Below, one piece after another: positions 8,487-16,776 of a stretch of DNA of 52,133 nucleotides (position 1 is the first letter of the stretch; every line of letters begins with the position of its first letter). The DNA lies in IMG/VR virus record IMGVR_UViG_3300036791_000029, positions 1-52,133 of that record. The stretch is one strand, 5' to 3'. A program made the position numbers and the translations under genes. The stretch comes from a virus (taxonomy: Duplodnaviria > Caudoviricetes). The notes under the pieces were generated by a model. The model was not told the origin of the DNA, did no database searches, and saw only the letters and a program-made list of their open reading frames with translations.

Positions 8487-8990
8487 ATGGCTAAGTTGAC
8501 TGCTTCCAAGGTTGCCTCTTTGCGTTCCTCCACAGCGCTGGCTACGCCAGTGTTTCACGTCTATGTTGTGGAGAACACTACTGATGGTGGCCGTTATGTG
8601 TCGGTGCGGAAGAACATTTCCGCCACGGCATTTTGGTCGTTGCTTTGTGTGGGTGCGCGCGATCCTAACTTTGATCAGCCTATCCACAACAGCATCCGTG
8701 TGATGGGTGATCAGAACTCATACCTTGAGGATTCACACCACAAGATCACTCGCGTCGCAACCTATACCTCCAAGACTGAGGCGCAGGTTGTTGCGGCCAA
8801 GATGATCGAGAACAACGCTATGAAGGCACGTGCCTACAACGCTACTCGGCCCAGCGCTGGGGCTTCCGCAGATTTTGAGTGGAAGTCAGAGGCTGAGTCA
8901 GCAGCGATGGTCAAGGCCGCAAAGGCCAAGACCCGCGCGCGCAAGAGCGCAAAGGTGACAGTTCCTGCTACCACAGAGGCTGTTGCCTAA
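8487..8990 (+). CDS. First early gene: degenerate GIY-YIG-like domain with Lys/Ala-rich tail
   Basis: ATG 8487 after TAAGGA; HVYVVENTTDGGRYVS, IHNSIRVMG and AYN echo GIY-YIG motifs; tail KAAKAKTRARKSAK. Confidence 0.6.
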   Translation: MAKLTASKVASLRSSTALATPVFHVYVVENTTDGGRYVSVRKNISATAFWSLLCVGARDPNFDQPIHNSIRVMGDQNSYLEDSHHKITRVATYTSKTEAQVVAAKMIENNAMKARAYNATRPSAGASADFEWKSEAESAAMVKAAKAKTRARKSAKVTVPATTEAVA

Positions 8991-8998
8991 GTCTACAA

Positions 8999-9109
8999 GT
9001 TGGGCGCCAGGAGTATATACGCTTCTGGCGCCCAGCGCCGTAGTGCGATGTGTGTCGCACCCGATGATTCCAAAAGGATGAAACGGCACTAGAAAGGAAT
9101 GGAACAATG
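8999..9109 (+). repeat. Early-cassette leader copy 1 (hairpin + hammerhead + RBS)
   Basis: TTGGGCGCCAGGAG/CTTCTGGCGCCCAG stem; ends CTAGAAAGGAATGGAACAATG. Confidence 0.85.
9037..9087 (+). ncRNA. Candidate type III hammerhead ribozyme (core variant)
   Basis: GCCGU-A-[GUGCGA ugugug UCGCAC]-CCGAUGA-[U UCC aaaa GGA U]-GAA-ACGGC: correct topology and GUA triplet; deviations U4C and a U.U pair at the base of stem II. Confidence 0.65.
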
Positions 9110-9280
9110 GAATACAACATAAAGCTATCTTGGCCGTCATACCAAGATACGCCCATCAAGGCAATAGACGAAATTGCCGATGCCTTCGCTGCCTTTCTCA
9201 AAGGACAATTCAGTATTGAATCCGAATTTGGTTTAACGGCAGAAGGAATCATCTTCACAATCTTGAAGGATGATGTTTGA
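9107..9280 (+). CDS. Small early hypothetical protein (57 aa, not in ORF track)
   Basis: MEYNIKLSWPSY...ILKDDV; strong RBS; TGATG overlap with next gene. Confidence 0.75.
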   Translation: MEYNIKLSWPSYQDTPIKAIDEIADAFAAFLKGQFSIESEFGLTAEGIIFTILKDDV

Positions 9281-9498
9281 TGGGATATGTTTTGGCAACG
9301 GGACATTGCATTTGCTGTGGACAAATCTTTAGCTTCAATCCACATCGAGTGCCGTCCACTTCAGCAATTACTGGTTCTCGCGAACCAGTATGTCTGAACT
9401 GCATGACCATCGTCAACCAGAAGCGAATTGCTGCTGGCGTCGCGCCTCATCCGATATACGATGATGCGTATGAGGCCATCAATGAGGATGAGTTGTAA
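9280..9498 (+). CDS. Small Zn-binding protein
   Basis: CICC...CLNC; translationally coupled start. Confidence 0.75.
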   Translation: MGYVLATGHCICCGQIFSFNPHRVPSTSAITGSREPVCLNCMTIVNQKRIAAGVAPHPIYDDAYEAINEDEL

Positions 9499-9589
9499 GC
9501 AACCTTAACGGAATGAGCGCCAGGAGTAACAAGCTTCTGGCGGCTCATTCCGCTAGCGTTGTGCTAGTCTAGAAAGGAATGGAACAATG
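9496..9589 (+). repeat. Early-cassette leader copy 2
   Basis: GCAACCTTAACGGAATGAGC...GCTCATTCCGCTAGCGTTGTGCTAG then AGAAAGGAATGGAACAATG. Confidence 0.9.
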
Positions 9590-10594
9590 GAAAACTACAG
9601 TCTCACAGACTTGAGTAATGTTTCGTTGGCAAAGATTACGCCAGCAAAATTTCGTGAGATGGCTCTAGCCAAGATGCTGAGTTCTGGACCAGGAATGGAC
9701 ATCAACTATATGCCAACTACAAAAGAGTTGGATGTTATGGTAGATATGCTTGCCACAGCTGTTGCTGCCGGTAGGTTTATTGATTTTGGTTTCTGGCCTA
9801 ACGAATTCATCATAAAGAGCAGCGAAAGGGCATCAAACCTATACTATGAGGGTGCTCTTGGTCATCCGTTTTCGCAACCTTGGGTATTCTTCCATACTTG
9901 GAGCGATCCAAAATTGGATGCTGCCTTTGGTCGTGATCACGACGCTGTTTCTATATACTTGGTGAATCCTTTCCCAGTCGATGGAAAGGCTGTTGCTTGT
10001 GACTTTGAGATCACAGCAATCGAGCCAATGAATGTCCTTGGAAAGCCAATGCTATGTGTTGGTGATCGTGGTGCGCTCTATTGCAAAATGGATCGCCCGC
10101 CTGGAGCGAAGTATGCTTGCTCGATAATTCCGGTCCAGTTTCGTTTTCCTATGCATTTCTGGAATGCATATGCAGACGAAATGGGTAAGGAACATGGAGC
10201 GCAAGCTGCCTTACAAGCGGCAGGTGCTAACATAATGGAGCCTGCGTTCTTGGCGCTTCAAATGCTCAATACTAGAGGCATACCTAAAGAGACGATGCGT
10301 GTTGATGATAGGTTAAATCGGGCACGTATCAAGAACAAAAAGCCACCGATACCACCTTACACAAAAGTGTCGAGCGAGGAATACATCACGACGTTTATGC
10401 GTTCTCCAACAGAGCGTCGTGCTAGCCAAGGTGGAACGCATGCTAGTCCAGTTGCCCATATCCGTATGGGTCATTGGCGGCATTATCAGAGCGGTGAACG
10501 AACGTTCATCAATGATACTCTAGTGAATGCTGATGAGAGTATGCGTAAAATCTTCAAGTCTAATCGTGCTGGGTATATAGTAAAGCAAGGTTGA
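9587..10594 (+). CDS. Early hypothetical protein with C-terminal HASP..H.R.GH.R motif
   Basis: 335-aa ORF; GGTHASPVAHIRMGHWRH basic His-rich segment. Confidence 0.8.
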   Translation: MENYSLTDLSNVSLAKITPAKFREMALAKMLSSGPGMDINYMPTTKELDVMVDMLATAVAAGRFIDFGFWPNEFIIKSSERASNLYYEGALGHPFSQPWVFFHTWSDPKLDAAFGRDHDAVSIYLVNPFPVDGKAVACDFEITAIEPMNVLGKPMLCVGDRGALYCKMDRPPGAKYACSIIPVQFRFPMHFWNAYADEMGKEHGAQAALQAAGANIMEPAFLALQMLNTRGIPKETMRVDDRLNRARIKNKKPPIPPYTKVSSEEYITTFMRSPTERRASQGGTHASPVAHIRMGHWRHYQSGERTFINDTLVNADESMRKIFKSNRAGYIVKQG

Positions 10595-10675
10595 CGGAAT
10601 GAGCGCCAGGAGTAATGACCTGGTTGCTCATTCCGCCAGCGATTATTGCTGGGTCTAGAAAGGAATGGAACAATG
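10582..10675 (+). repeat. Early-cassette leader copy 3
   Basis: TTGACGGAATGAGC...GCTCATTCCGCCAGC...GCTGG and same RBS. Confidence 0.9.
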
Positions 10676-10861
10676 GAGGATTTGCGGTATCACAAATGTG
10701 ATAAAGCAGAACAATTTGCACTAATAGATGCTCGTGGTATCTTTTGTTGCTATGTTTGCGATAAATGCAAAGCAGCAAAGATGACCAAGTATCGTCCAGA
10801 AATATTTACTGATCCGAACTATTGGCACGATGAGCCAATAGATATAGATGATGAAACGTAG
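10673..10861 (+). CDS. Small Cys-rich early protein
   Basis: ATG in the conserved RBS; CCYVCDKC; acidic tail. Confidence 0.75.
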   Translation: MEDLRYHKCDKAEQFALIDARGIFCCYVCDKCKAAKMTKYRPEIFTDPNYWHDEPIDIDDET

Positions 10862-10916
10862 ACACACATCTATAATGTTCCGATAACAAGATAATCTGTT
10901 TGAAGAAACAAGGAAC

Positions 10917-10945
10917 TAGACCAAAAGCCTAGGACGCGCTATACT
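10917..10945 (+). promoter_or_regulatory. Putative sigma70-like promoter inside the early array
   Basis: TAGACC-17nt-TATACT. Confidence 0.55.
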
Positions 10946-11032
10946 ATCGCTTACGGAATGGGCGCCAGGAGTAACATTCTGGTAGCCTATTCCGCCAGCA
11001 ATAGTGCTGGGCTAGAAAGGAATGGAACAATG
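10943..11032 (+). repeat. Early-cassette leader copy 4
   Basis: ACTATCGCTTACGGAATGGGC...GCCTATTCCGCCAGCAATAGTGCTGG and RBS. Confidence 0.9.
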
Positions 11033-11233
11033 GAAAGAAACAATATTGATGCTGCTGAAAGAATCATGCGCGAAAAGCGGTGTAGAATACATTCGTTTTT
11101 TGCAAGTGGTATTGCTCAATACGCGGTCAAAAAGGATCAATTGAGTATATCGCCAAGCTTCCGCAGTATTAAAGAACTGTGTGATTGGGTTGTTCTACAC
11201 CAAAATGCTATTGGAATGGAGGACCCAGAGTAA
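11030..11233 (+). CDS. Small early hypothetical protein
   Basis: MERNNIDAAE... from the conserved RBS. Confidence 0.7.
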   Translation: MERNNIDAAERIMREKRCRIHSFFASGIAQYAVKKDQLSISPSFRSIKELCDWVVLHQNAIGMEDPE

Positions 11234-11571
11234 TGGCGATCATAAAGATCAGTAAGCATCGCAAGTATCAAGGACCCAATGTTGTTGGTGTGAATGTTCC
11301 CAAGACCTGGCAAGGATTAGACAATATATTCTTGCATAGGTCCCAGGTAAAAATCGGCCTGCGACTAGTCAACTATGGCCGACTATACCACGGAACATTG
11401 TGGGAAGTTGTGGAAATCAAAACAGTATCTACTGGCGGCAGAGTGACTAAGGTTGATTCTGTGAAACGTTCAAATGATATTGTTGTATTACTGCGAGTTG
11501 GCAGTAATGAGACAACACAGCTGGGCTTTATCTACTTGTCCTATAGTGCAATATGGAGGACAACTGAGTGA
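11233..11571 (+). CDS. Early hypothetical basic protein
   Basis: TAATG overlap start, MAIIKISK... Confidence 0.7.
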   Translation: MAIIKISKHRKYQGPNVVGVNVPKTWQGLDNIFLHRSQVKIGLRLVNYGRLYHGTLWEVVEIKTVSTGGRVTKVDSVKRSNDIVVLLRVGSNETTQLGFIYLSYSAIWRTTE

Positions 11572-11753
11572 AGAAACCACAGAAGAGACCACCAACATTA
11601 TCAGAGAGATTGAAGAGACTTGAGAGTATTGTCAAGAAACAAGATCGAAAAATCAAAGAATTAGAGAAGAAAGTTGAACACGTATTGGATGAGGATGTAT
11701 CTGCGATACCCAATAATGATAAGTTGAACAGACCTACACAGCATCCTGAATAG
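11568..11753 (+). CDS. Small coiled-coil protein
   Basis: GTGA overlap, GGAGG RBS, heptad pattern. Confidence 0.65.
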   Translation: MKKPQKRPPTLSERLKRLESIVKKQDRKIKELEKKVEHVLDEDVSAIPNNDKLNRPTQHPE

Positions 11754-11844
11754 CAGCCTTGACGGATGGGCGCCAGAAGAACAATACTCCTGGCCGCCTA
11801 TCCGCCAGCGCTGTTGCTGGAACTAGAAAGGAAAAGGAACAATG
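11751..11844 (+). repeat. Early-cassette leader copy 5
   Basis: TAGCAGCCTTGACGGATGGGC...GCCTATCCGCCAGCGCTGTTGCTGG; RBS AGAAAGGAAAAGGAACAATG. Confidence 0.9.
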
Positions 11845-12153
11845 GCAATTGTATGGATACCTATGCATCCACGAGCGCATCCTGATATGCTTGGTTATCT
11901 CCCAACATTCTTACTTGAAAATGATCCTAGACCGGCCAAAGAACAATTCCAAGAAAGATATGTATTTGGTGGCTGGAGTTCATTTGCAGGTTTTGAATTA
12001 ATAGCAAATGACAAATTAAAGTATCCAGGTGATCCACCAATATTGCCGATCTATAGAACATATTTGCGTGATGAAGAAATAACGATGTATGAACATGCGT
12101 GGGTAATGATAAGACAAAAAGATGGAACTTGGGAAGTATCCAGAATGGATTAG
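11842..12153 (+). CDS. Early hypothetical protein
   Basis: 103-aa ORF from the conserved RBS. Confidence 0.8.
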   Translation: MAIVWIPMHPRAHPDMLGYLPTFLLENDPRPAKEQFQERYVFGGWSSFAGFELIANDKLKYPGDPPILPIYRTYLRDEEITMYEHAWVMIRQKDGTWEVSRMD

Positions 12154-12265
12154 CAGTATTGATGGAATATACGAACGTATCTACGTCGCGTATATACGAT
12201 CGTATATTCCACCAGCGCTGCGCTGGAAAGCCTAACTAACTCTGTCTAGAAAGGATGGAACAATG
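12151..12265 (+). repeat. Early-cassette leader copy 6 (apical stem replaced)
   Basis: TAGCAGTATTGATGGAATATACG...CGTATATTCCACCAGCGCTGCGCTGG; lacks the octamer but keeps the pairing. Confidence 0.85.
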
Positions 12266-12505
12266 GACGAAAAGTTCACTTTGATTGTGGAAGGCAAGAT
12301 GTCTCATGACATTACTGCCATAGCACCCCACGATCTAGAGTTGAATGGCCTTACTTGGCACAATGATTCGCCTCCAGATATTGTGGTCATGCATGATCTT
12401 ATACTTGTCAAAGTAGGCAAGTATACTTCGCATGAAAATAGATACCAATACAGGATAGCTGATGTTGCTCATCTTATTGGTGGTAGACTGGAGGCAGTGA
12501 GATGA
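12263..12505 (+). CDS. Early hypothetical protein
   Basis: 80-aa ORF from the conserved RBS. Confidence 0.7.
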   Translation: MDEKFTLIVEGKMSHDITAIAPHDLELNGLTWHNDSPPDIVVMHDLILVKVGKYTSHENRYQYRIADVAHLIGGRLEAVR

Positions 12506-12696
12506 GATGGAGAGAAACCCAGAAGGTGCCATTTAGATTAATACAAACACAATGCTGTGGAACTCAACTCTGTTGGGTAAATCCACGGCTGCCTATGCAT
12601 TGTCCTGAATGTGGTAAGTTTTGTTATCCAGCAGTAAAAGGCTGGGTAACAAATACATTTAACAATGCAATGCTTGTGTATGATGTAGAAAGATAG
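12502..12696 (+). CDS. Zn-ribbon protein
   Basis: CCG...CPECG; ATGA overlap. Confidence 0.7.
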   Translation: MRWRETQKVPFRLIQTQCCGTQLCWVNPRLPMHCPECGKFCYPAVKGWVTNTFNNAMLVYDVER

Positions 12697-12783
12697 CAGT
12701 ATTGACGGAATGGGCGCCAGGAGCAAATACTTCTGGCCGCCTATTCAGCCAGCACTGCGCTGGTGAAAGGAAAAGGAACAATG
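12694..12783 (+). repeat. Early-cassette leader copy 7
   Basis: TAGCAGTATTGACGGAATGGGC...GCCTATTCAGCCAGCACTGCGCTGG and RBS. Confidence 0.9.
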
Positions 12784-13248
12784 GAAAAGAATTATATGGG
12801 ATATGTATATGCATCAGCAGAACGCCATAAAGATACATTTAAGCGATATGAGGCTGGTGAATCTATAGAATCAATTGCCAAGAGTTATGGAGTGGTTCCT
12901 CAAACTATTCAACACCATCTCAAAAATATGGGTATCAAAACTAATTCAGAAACAAAAAGGCGATTGGTTGTATTAGCAAAGCAAAATGGTATTGATGTCG
13001 ATAGATGGCTAAGTATTTTACCAGAGAATATTGCATGGCAACAAATCTATTGGGAACGTCATCAATGCATGTTTAGAGCTGTGAATTTAGGCTTGCCTAT
13101 TAAAACAATTGAACATATATTCAATATATCTAGAGCACGTCTTTATCAACTAAGATTAGAACGTGAAAAAGGATATAGAAAACGACATCAGTCACCTGCT
13201 GAAAGATGGTTTTCATCTAGAAGATATTTGACTGATTTTGTGTCTTGA
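12781..13248 (+). CDS. HTH DNA-binding protein (two HTH-like segments)
   Basis: GESIESIAKSYGVVPQTIQHHL and GLPIKTIEHIFNISRARLYQL. Confidence 0.7.
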   Translation: MEKNYMGYVYASAERHKDTFKRYEAGESIESIAKSYGVVPQTIQHHLKNMGIKTNSETKRRLVVLAKQNGIDVDRWLSILPENIAWQQIYWERHQCMFRAVNLGLPIKTIEHIFNISRARLYQLRLEREKGYRKRHQSPAERWFSSRRYLTDFVS

Positions 13249-13275
13249 GAGAAAAACAACAGTAAAAACACCCTC

Positions 13276-13303
13276 TTTACTTCCCCGCGCGATCCGCTAT
13301 ACT
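13276..13303 (+). promoter_or_regulatory. Putative promoter of the replication operon
   Basis: TTTACT-16nt GC-rich spacer-TATACT; followed by palindrome TCGCTCGA-tg-TCGAGCGA. Confidence 0.55.
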
Positions 13304-13413
13304 CGCGTTTCGCTCGATGTCGAGCGAGTGCTCGTGTTTGTTCCCAGGGAGGTGGGCCTGGCAGGGTCCATCTCCCGTTACTGGAGGTTAACAATCAAAT
13401 AACAGGAGTAGAA

Positions 13414-13914
13414 ATGTCAGACAGTATACAAAATATAGTCAAACTAGCAGAAGAAATGGTAAAGATTGAAAGGCAAATAGAATCATTAAAGTCAGAATTA
13501 CAAGTTAAACAAGACCAGTTCAAACAAATATCCTCCATTGATCTCCCGACAATGATGGCCAGTATTGGCCTCAATAAGTTCTCATTGTCGAGTGGCTTTG
13601 ATATTGTAGTCAAGCCTGTCCTTATACTTAATAGACCACCACCAGAACGTATGGAGTTAGCCGATCAATGGCTAACGAAACACGGTCATGAAGGCATGGT
13701 CAAGACTACAATTGATATTTCGTTAGGTAAAGGATCAAGACGCATACCAGAGATCAAATATGTATTGGATAATTTGAAGATACAATATTTAGTCAAAAAG
13801 GATATCAATTACCAAACTCTCAATGCCTGGGGAAAGGAAATGGAAAGGGAAAACAAAGTAATACCTGAAGACATCTTCTCTGTACACAGATACAACATAA
13901 CGGTCATAGAATAG
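13414..13914 (+). CDS. Phage replication-module protein with N-terminal coiled coil
   Basis: AGGAG RBS; coiled coil then LPTMM..G..KFSL; directly before the SSB-like gene. Confidence 0.7.
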   Translation: MSDSIQNIVKLAEEMVKIERQIESLKSELQVKQDQFKQISSIDLPTMMASIGLNKFSLSSGFDIVVKPVLILNRPPPERMELADQWLTKHGHEGMVKTTIDISLGKGSRRIPEIKYVLDNLKIQYLVKKDINYQTLNAWGKEMERENKVIPEDIFSVHRYNITVIE

Positions 13915-13923
13915 GAGAACACA

Positions 13924-14772
13924 ATGGCAAAGCGTGTAATACGGCAAGACAGCGTGACTGAGAACCTTCCTGCTACTCTCACAGCAGAAGAGGAAATGCT
14001 GGCCAAGCTGGCACAAAAGAATACAGTATTTGATCGTAATGAACAAGTTGTTCCGCGTCTCAAGATACTACAGCCACTTAATCCTGAAGTTCAGGAAGGT
14101 GGCAGTGCCTATGTTCCTGGTGCGAAAGCAGGTATGTTTTATAATACCGCAAGTAACAAGTTGACTCCTGGCCAGGAGGGGATGATCATTTGTGTTATTG
14201 GTCATCAAAAACAGACTATTGAATGGGCAAGTAACAATCCTGGTTCTGGTCTCATAAAGATTTGGGGATCAGATGAAGGTTGGAAAGCATTGTGCGAACC
14301 AGCTCAGCGTGATGCTCTTAATCCTTTGACCAGGGAAGGTCATTATATAGATAAGCAGAGATCATTTCTTATCTTGGATATCAATACTCAGACTGGAGAG
14401 ACTGATCCTAGTTTCTTCAATCTGAGAAGCACAGGTAATCGTGTGGCTAATCTCCTGGCCACGATGTTGACACAAACCAGGATGAAGATGAGTAATGGTC
14501 AGACTATTACTCCACCATTCTATTACTTCACATACAAGATGACATTAGACTTGGTGCGTAATATTCAAGGTCAATCTTGGTGGTCTCCCAAGATCGTAAA
14601 GAATACCAATAAGGATAATATGCATGTAAAGACACAAGATATGCCGAAAGGTGATGCTATCTTTAAGCAGGCTATACTACTACAGGAACATTTCCTGGAA
14701 GGTGGTATTCAACAGAGCGATTGGGAACAGCCCAATGCTGATTTGGGTGGTGATAATATTCCTTCATTCTAA
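13924..14772 (+). CDS. Putative ssDNA-binding / recombination protein
   Basis: VPRLKILQ..PEV..PGAKAG..YN motif; SSB-style tail DLGGDNIPSF. Confidence 0.55.
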   Translation: MAKRVIRQDSVTENLPATLTAEEEMLAKLAQKNTVFDRNEQVVPRLKILQPLNPEVQEGGSAYVPGAKAGMFYNTASNKLTPGQEGMIICVIGHQKQTIEWASNNPGSGLIKIWGSDEGWKALCEPAQRDALNPLTREGHYIDKQRSFLILDINTQTGETDPSFFNLRSTGNRVANLLATMLTQTRMKMSNGQTITPPFYYFTYKMTLDLVRNIQGQSWWSPKIVKNTNKDNMHVKTQDMPKGDAIFKQAILLQEHFLEGGIQQSDWEQPNADLGGDNIPSF

Positions 14773-15000
14773 CGAGTAGAGGTTCCAGGCGGGTCTCCTT
14801 TCACATGATGGGCGCACATGGCGACATGACCATTCTCCCTAACAATAATGGGCCTCAATGGATTCACCCCTGTTATTGTATGGGTAAACTGTGCCTGGGT
14901 AAAGCGAAGACAGAAAGATTGGTCGCGGTATAGTATTGGGCAAACTATACAGGATGGCCTCCACCCATCCTCCCAATGCCCACTAATATAGGAGAGCAAA

Positions 15001-15489
15001 ATGAACAACACTTATATTCCTCTCAATCTAGCCAAAGAACTATTGGACAGATTGGATAGATACGAAACAAAATTAAACGTGATGGCAAAACAAATTGATA
15101 CAATATATCATGATGATTATGAACAATCATCAAATGTACAAGATATTCCAGATGAAGAATTGCCAATGGAAGAAAAGATCAAGAGGCTTGGACAGAAGAT
15201 ACCATATAATTTGATTAGTGACCCCATTGAAGTAATGAGATTCAAAGATTTTCTATATGAAGCCAAAAAGAAAGGTAGTCAGCTCAGTCAAATTGAACGA
15301 GACTTACTTGACATTGCTGATAAGAACTTTAATGATATTAGACTATCAAGTAAACATCTAAGTGTTTTGAAAAGCATATATCAGAGACTATATGGAAAGC
15401 AATGGCCTTTCAAGTATCAGCAAGGATACATGTATAAGTTGGAAGGCTATCAACCAGAATGGGAATTTTTTGAGGATCAGAGATCATGA
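15001..15489 (+). CDS. Hypothetical protein
   Basis: 162-aa ORF with AGGAG RBS. Confidence 0.75.
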   Translation: MNNTYIPLNLAKELLDRLDRYETKLNVMAKQIDTIYHDDYEQSSNVQDIPDEELPMEEKIKRLGQKIPYNLISDPIEVMRFKDFLYEAKKKGSQLSQIERDLLDIADKNFNDIRLSSKHLSVLKSIYQRLYGKQWPFKYQQGYMYKLEGYQPEWEFFEDQRS

Positions 15490-16427
15490 TTATTATAGGA
15501 GCAGGATTAGCTGGACTCCTGGCGGCCAGGAGATTAGCACATCATGACCCTATAGTATATGAACAGCAAGGATCGTTACCAAATAATCATAGTGCCTTGT
15601 TACGTTTTCGATCATCTATAGTTGGAGATGCTATAGGCATTCCATTTAAGCAAGTAACAGTATACAAAGGGGTTTTACTTGAAGATGAAACAATCACAAA
15701 TACTCCAACTATCAGAGAATTCAATTCTTATTCTATCAAATCAACTGGAGGTATCTATCAACGATCTATTGTTGATGTACACCCGGTTACACGCTTTATT
15801 GCACCAAACGACTTCGTGTACACCTGTAGTATTGGATCTACAATTCTATTCGCCCATGATGCTAAAGATTGTCTCTGCGGAATTGATAAAAAAGAACCTA
15901 TCATCTCAACAATCTCAATGCCCATCTTAATGAAGATAATCAATTATCCAGGTTGGTCGGAGTTTAATTTCCATACCAAAAAGATATGGACTATCAATTG
16001 TGATCTGGAAGATGTTGATGTATATCAAACACTATATGTTCCATATGGTGTTGATGAACCTTATAGAGTTAGCATTACTGGTAACAGAATGACATTAGAG
16101 TTTACTTTTAATCCTGCTGGAATAGGATCAAAAGATTTTATTGATCAATATCTTGACATTCTATTTGCTAATCATGGTATCATAGCTACCAACATAGTTC
16201 AAAAGGAACAAGACTATGGCAAGATTGTTCCAATAGACGAATATGAGCGCCAGAAGTTTATACTGTGGGCCACTGATAATTGGAACATCTATTCACTGGG
16301 ACGATACGCTACATGGAGACAAATACTACTTGATGATGTAATGAAAGACATAGGAGTAATAACCAAATTCATCGAACAACGCAACAACTATGCGCGACTG
16401 ATCAAAATAGGAGATAAAAATGCCTAA
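15486..16427 (+). CDS. FAD-dependent oxidoreductase (UDP-galactopyranose-mutase-like architecture)
   Basis: Rossmann IIIGAGLAG...VYE; C-terminal IYSLGRYATW flavin-binding motif. Confidence 0.75.
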   Translation: MIIIGAGLAGLLAARRLAHHDPIVYEQQGSLPNNHSALLRFRSSIVGDAIGIPFKQVTVYKGVLLEDETITNTPTIREFNSYSIKSTGGIYQRSIVDVHPVTRFIAPNDFVYTCSIGSTILFAHDAKDCLCGIDKKEPIISTISMPILMKIINYPGWSEFNFHTKKIWTINCDLEDVDVYQTLYVPYGVDEPYRVSITGNRMTLEFTFNPAGIGSKDFIDQYLDILFANHGIIATNIVQKEQDYGKIVPIDEYERQKFILWATDNWNIYSLGRYATWRQILLDDVMKDIGVITKFIEQRNNYARLIKIGDKNA

Positions 16428-16776
16428 AGTAAACTGGGCTGAACTATACTATCATGCTAAAAGATCAAGTGAAGAATTGAAGACTAGAGAAGGATTTAGT
16501 GATGGTATACAACATTTAGATGCATTCACAAATACTATTGAGAAGGATATTAATTCTGCTCTAAATAATCACAGCAATGTTACCAAAAATGAGATTAAAC
16601 ATAAACGAGCAAAGTCTAATTTCAATCCAAAACCGTGCAAGAATTGCGGTAAAATATTTCAACCTACTGGTAGTAGACATCTATGGTGTGAAAATTGTGA
16701 AACTCCATCCGATCAAAGACAAAAATTAATTGCTGAACTAATGAAGGATAATACTAAAGGAGGATACAATGCCTAA
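16420..16776 (+). CDS. Hypothetical Zn-finger protein
   Basis: CKNC...CENC. Confidence 0.65.
   Translation: MPKVNWAELYYHAKRSSEELKTREGFSDGIQHLDAFTNTIEKDINSALNNHSNVTKNEIKHKRAKSNFNPKPCKNCGKIFQPTGSRHLWCENCETPSDQRQKLIAELMKDNTKGGYNA

Noticed and set aside
10591-10620. TTGACG in the repeats as a -35 box
   Set aside because: No consistent -10 at 16-18 nt, and the bases covary with the 3' arm, which favours pairing
8999-12783. CRISPR array or integron reading of the early repeats
   Set aside because: Spacers are whole genes of variable length, repeats are degenerate, and there is no cas gene, tyrosine integrase or attC RYYYAAC/GTTRRRY ends
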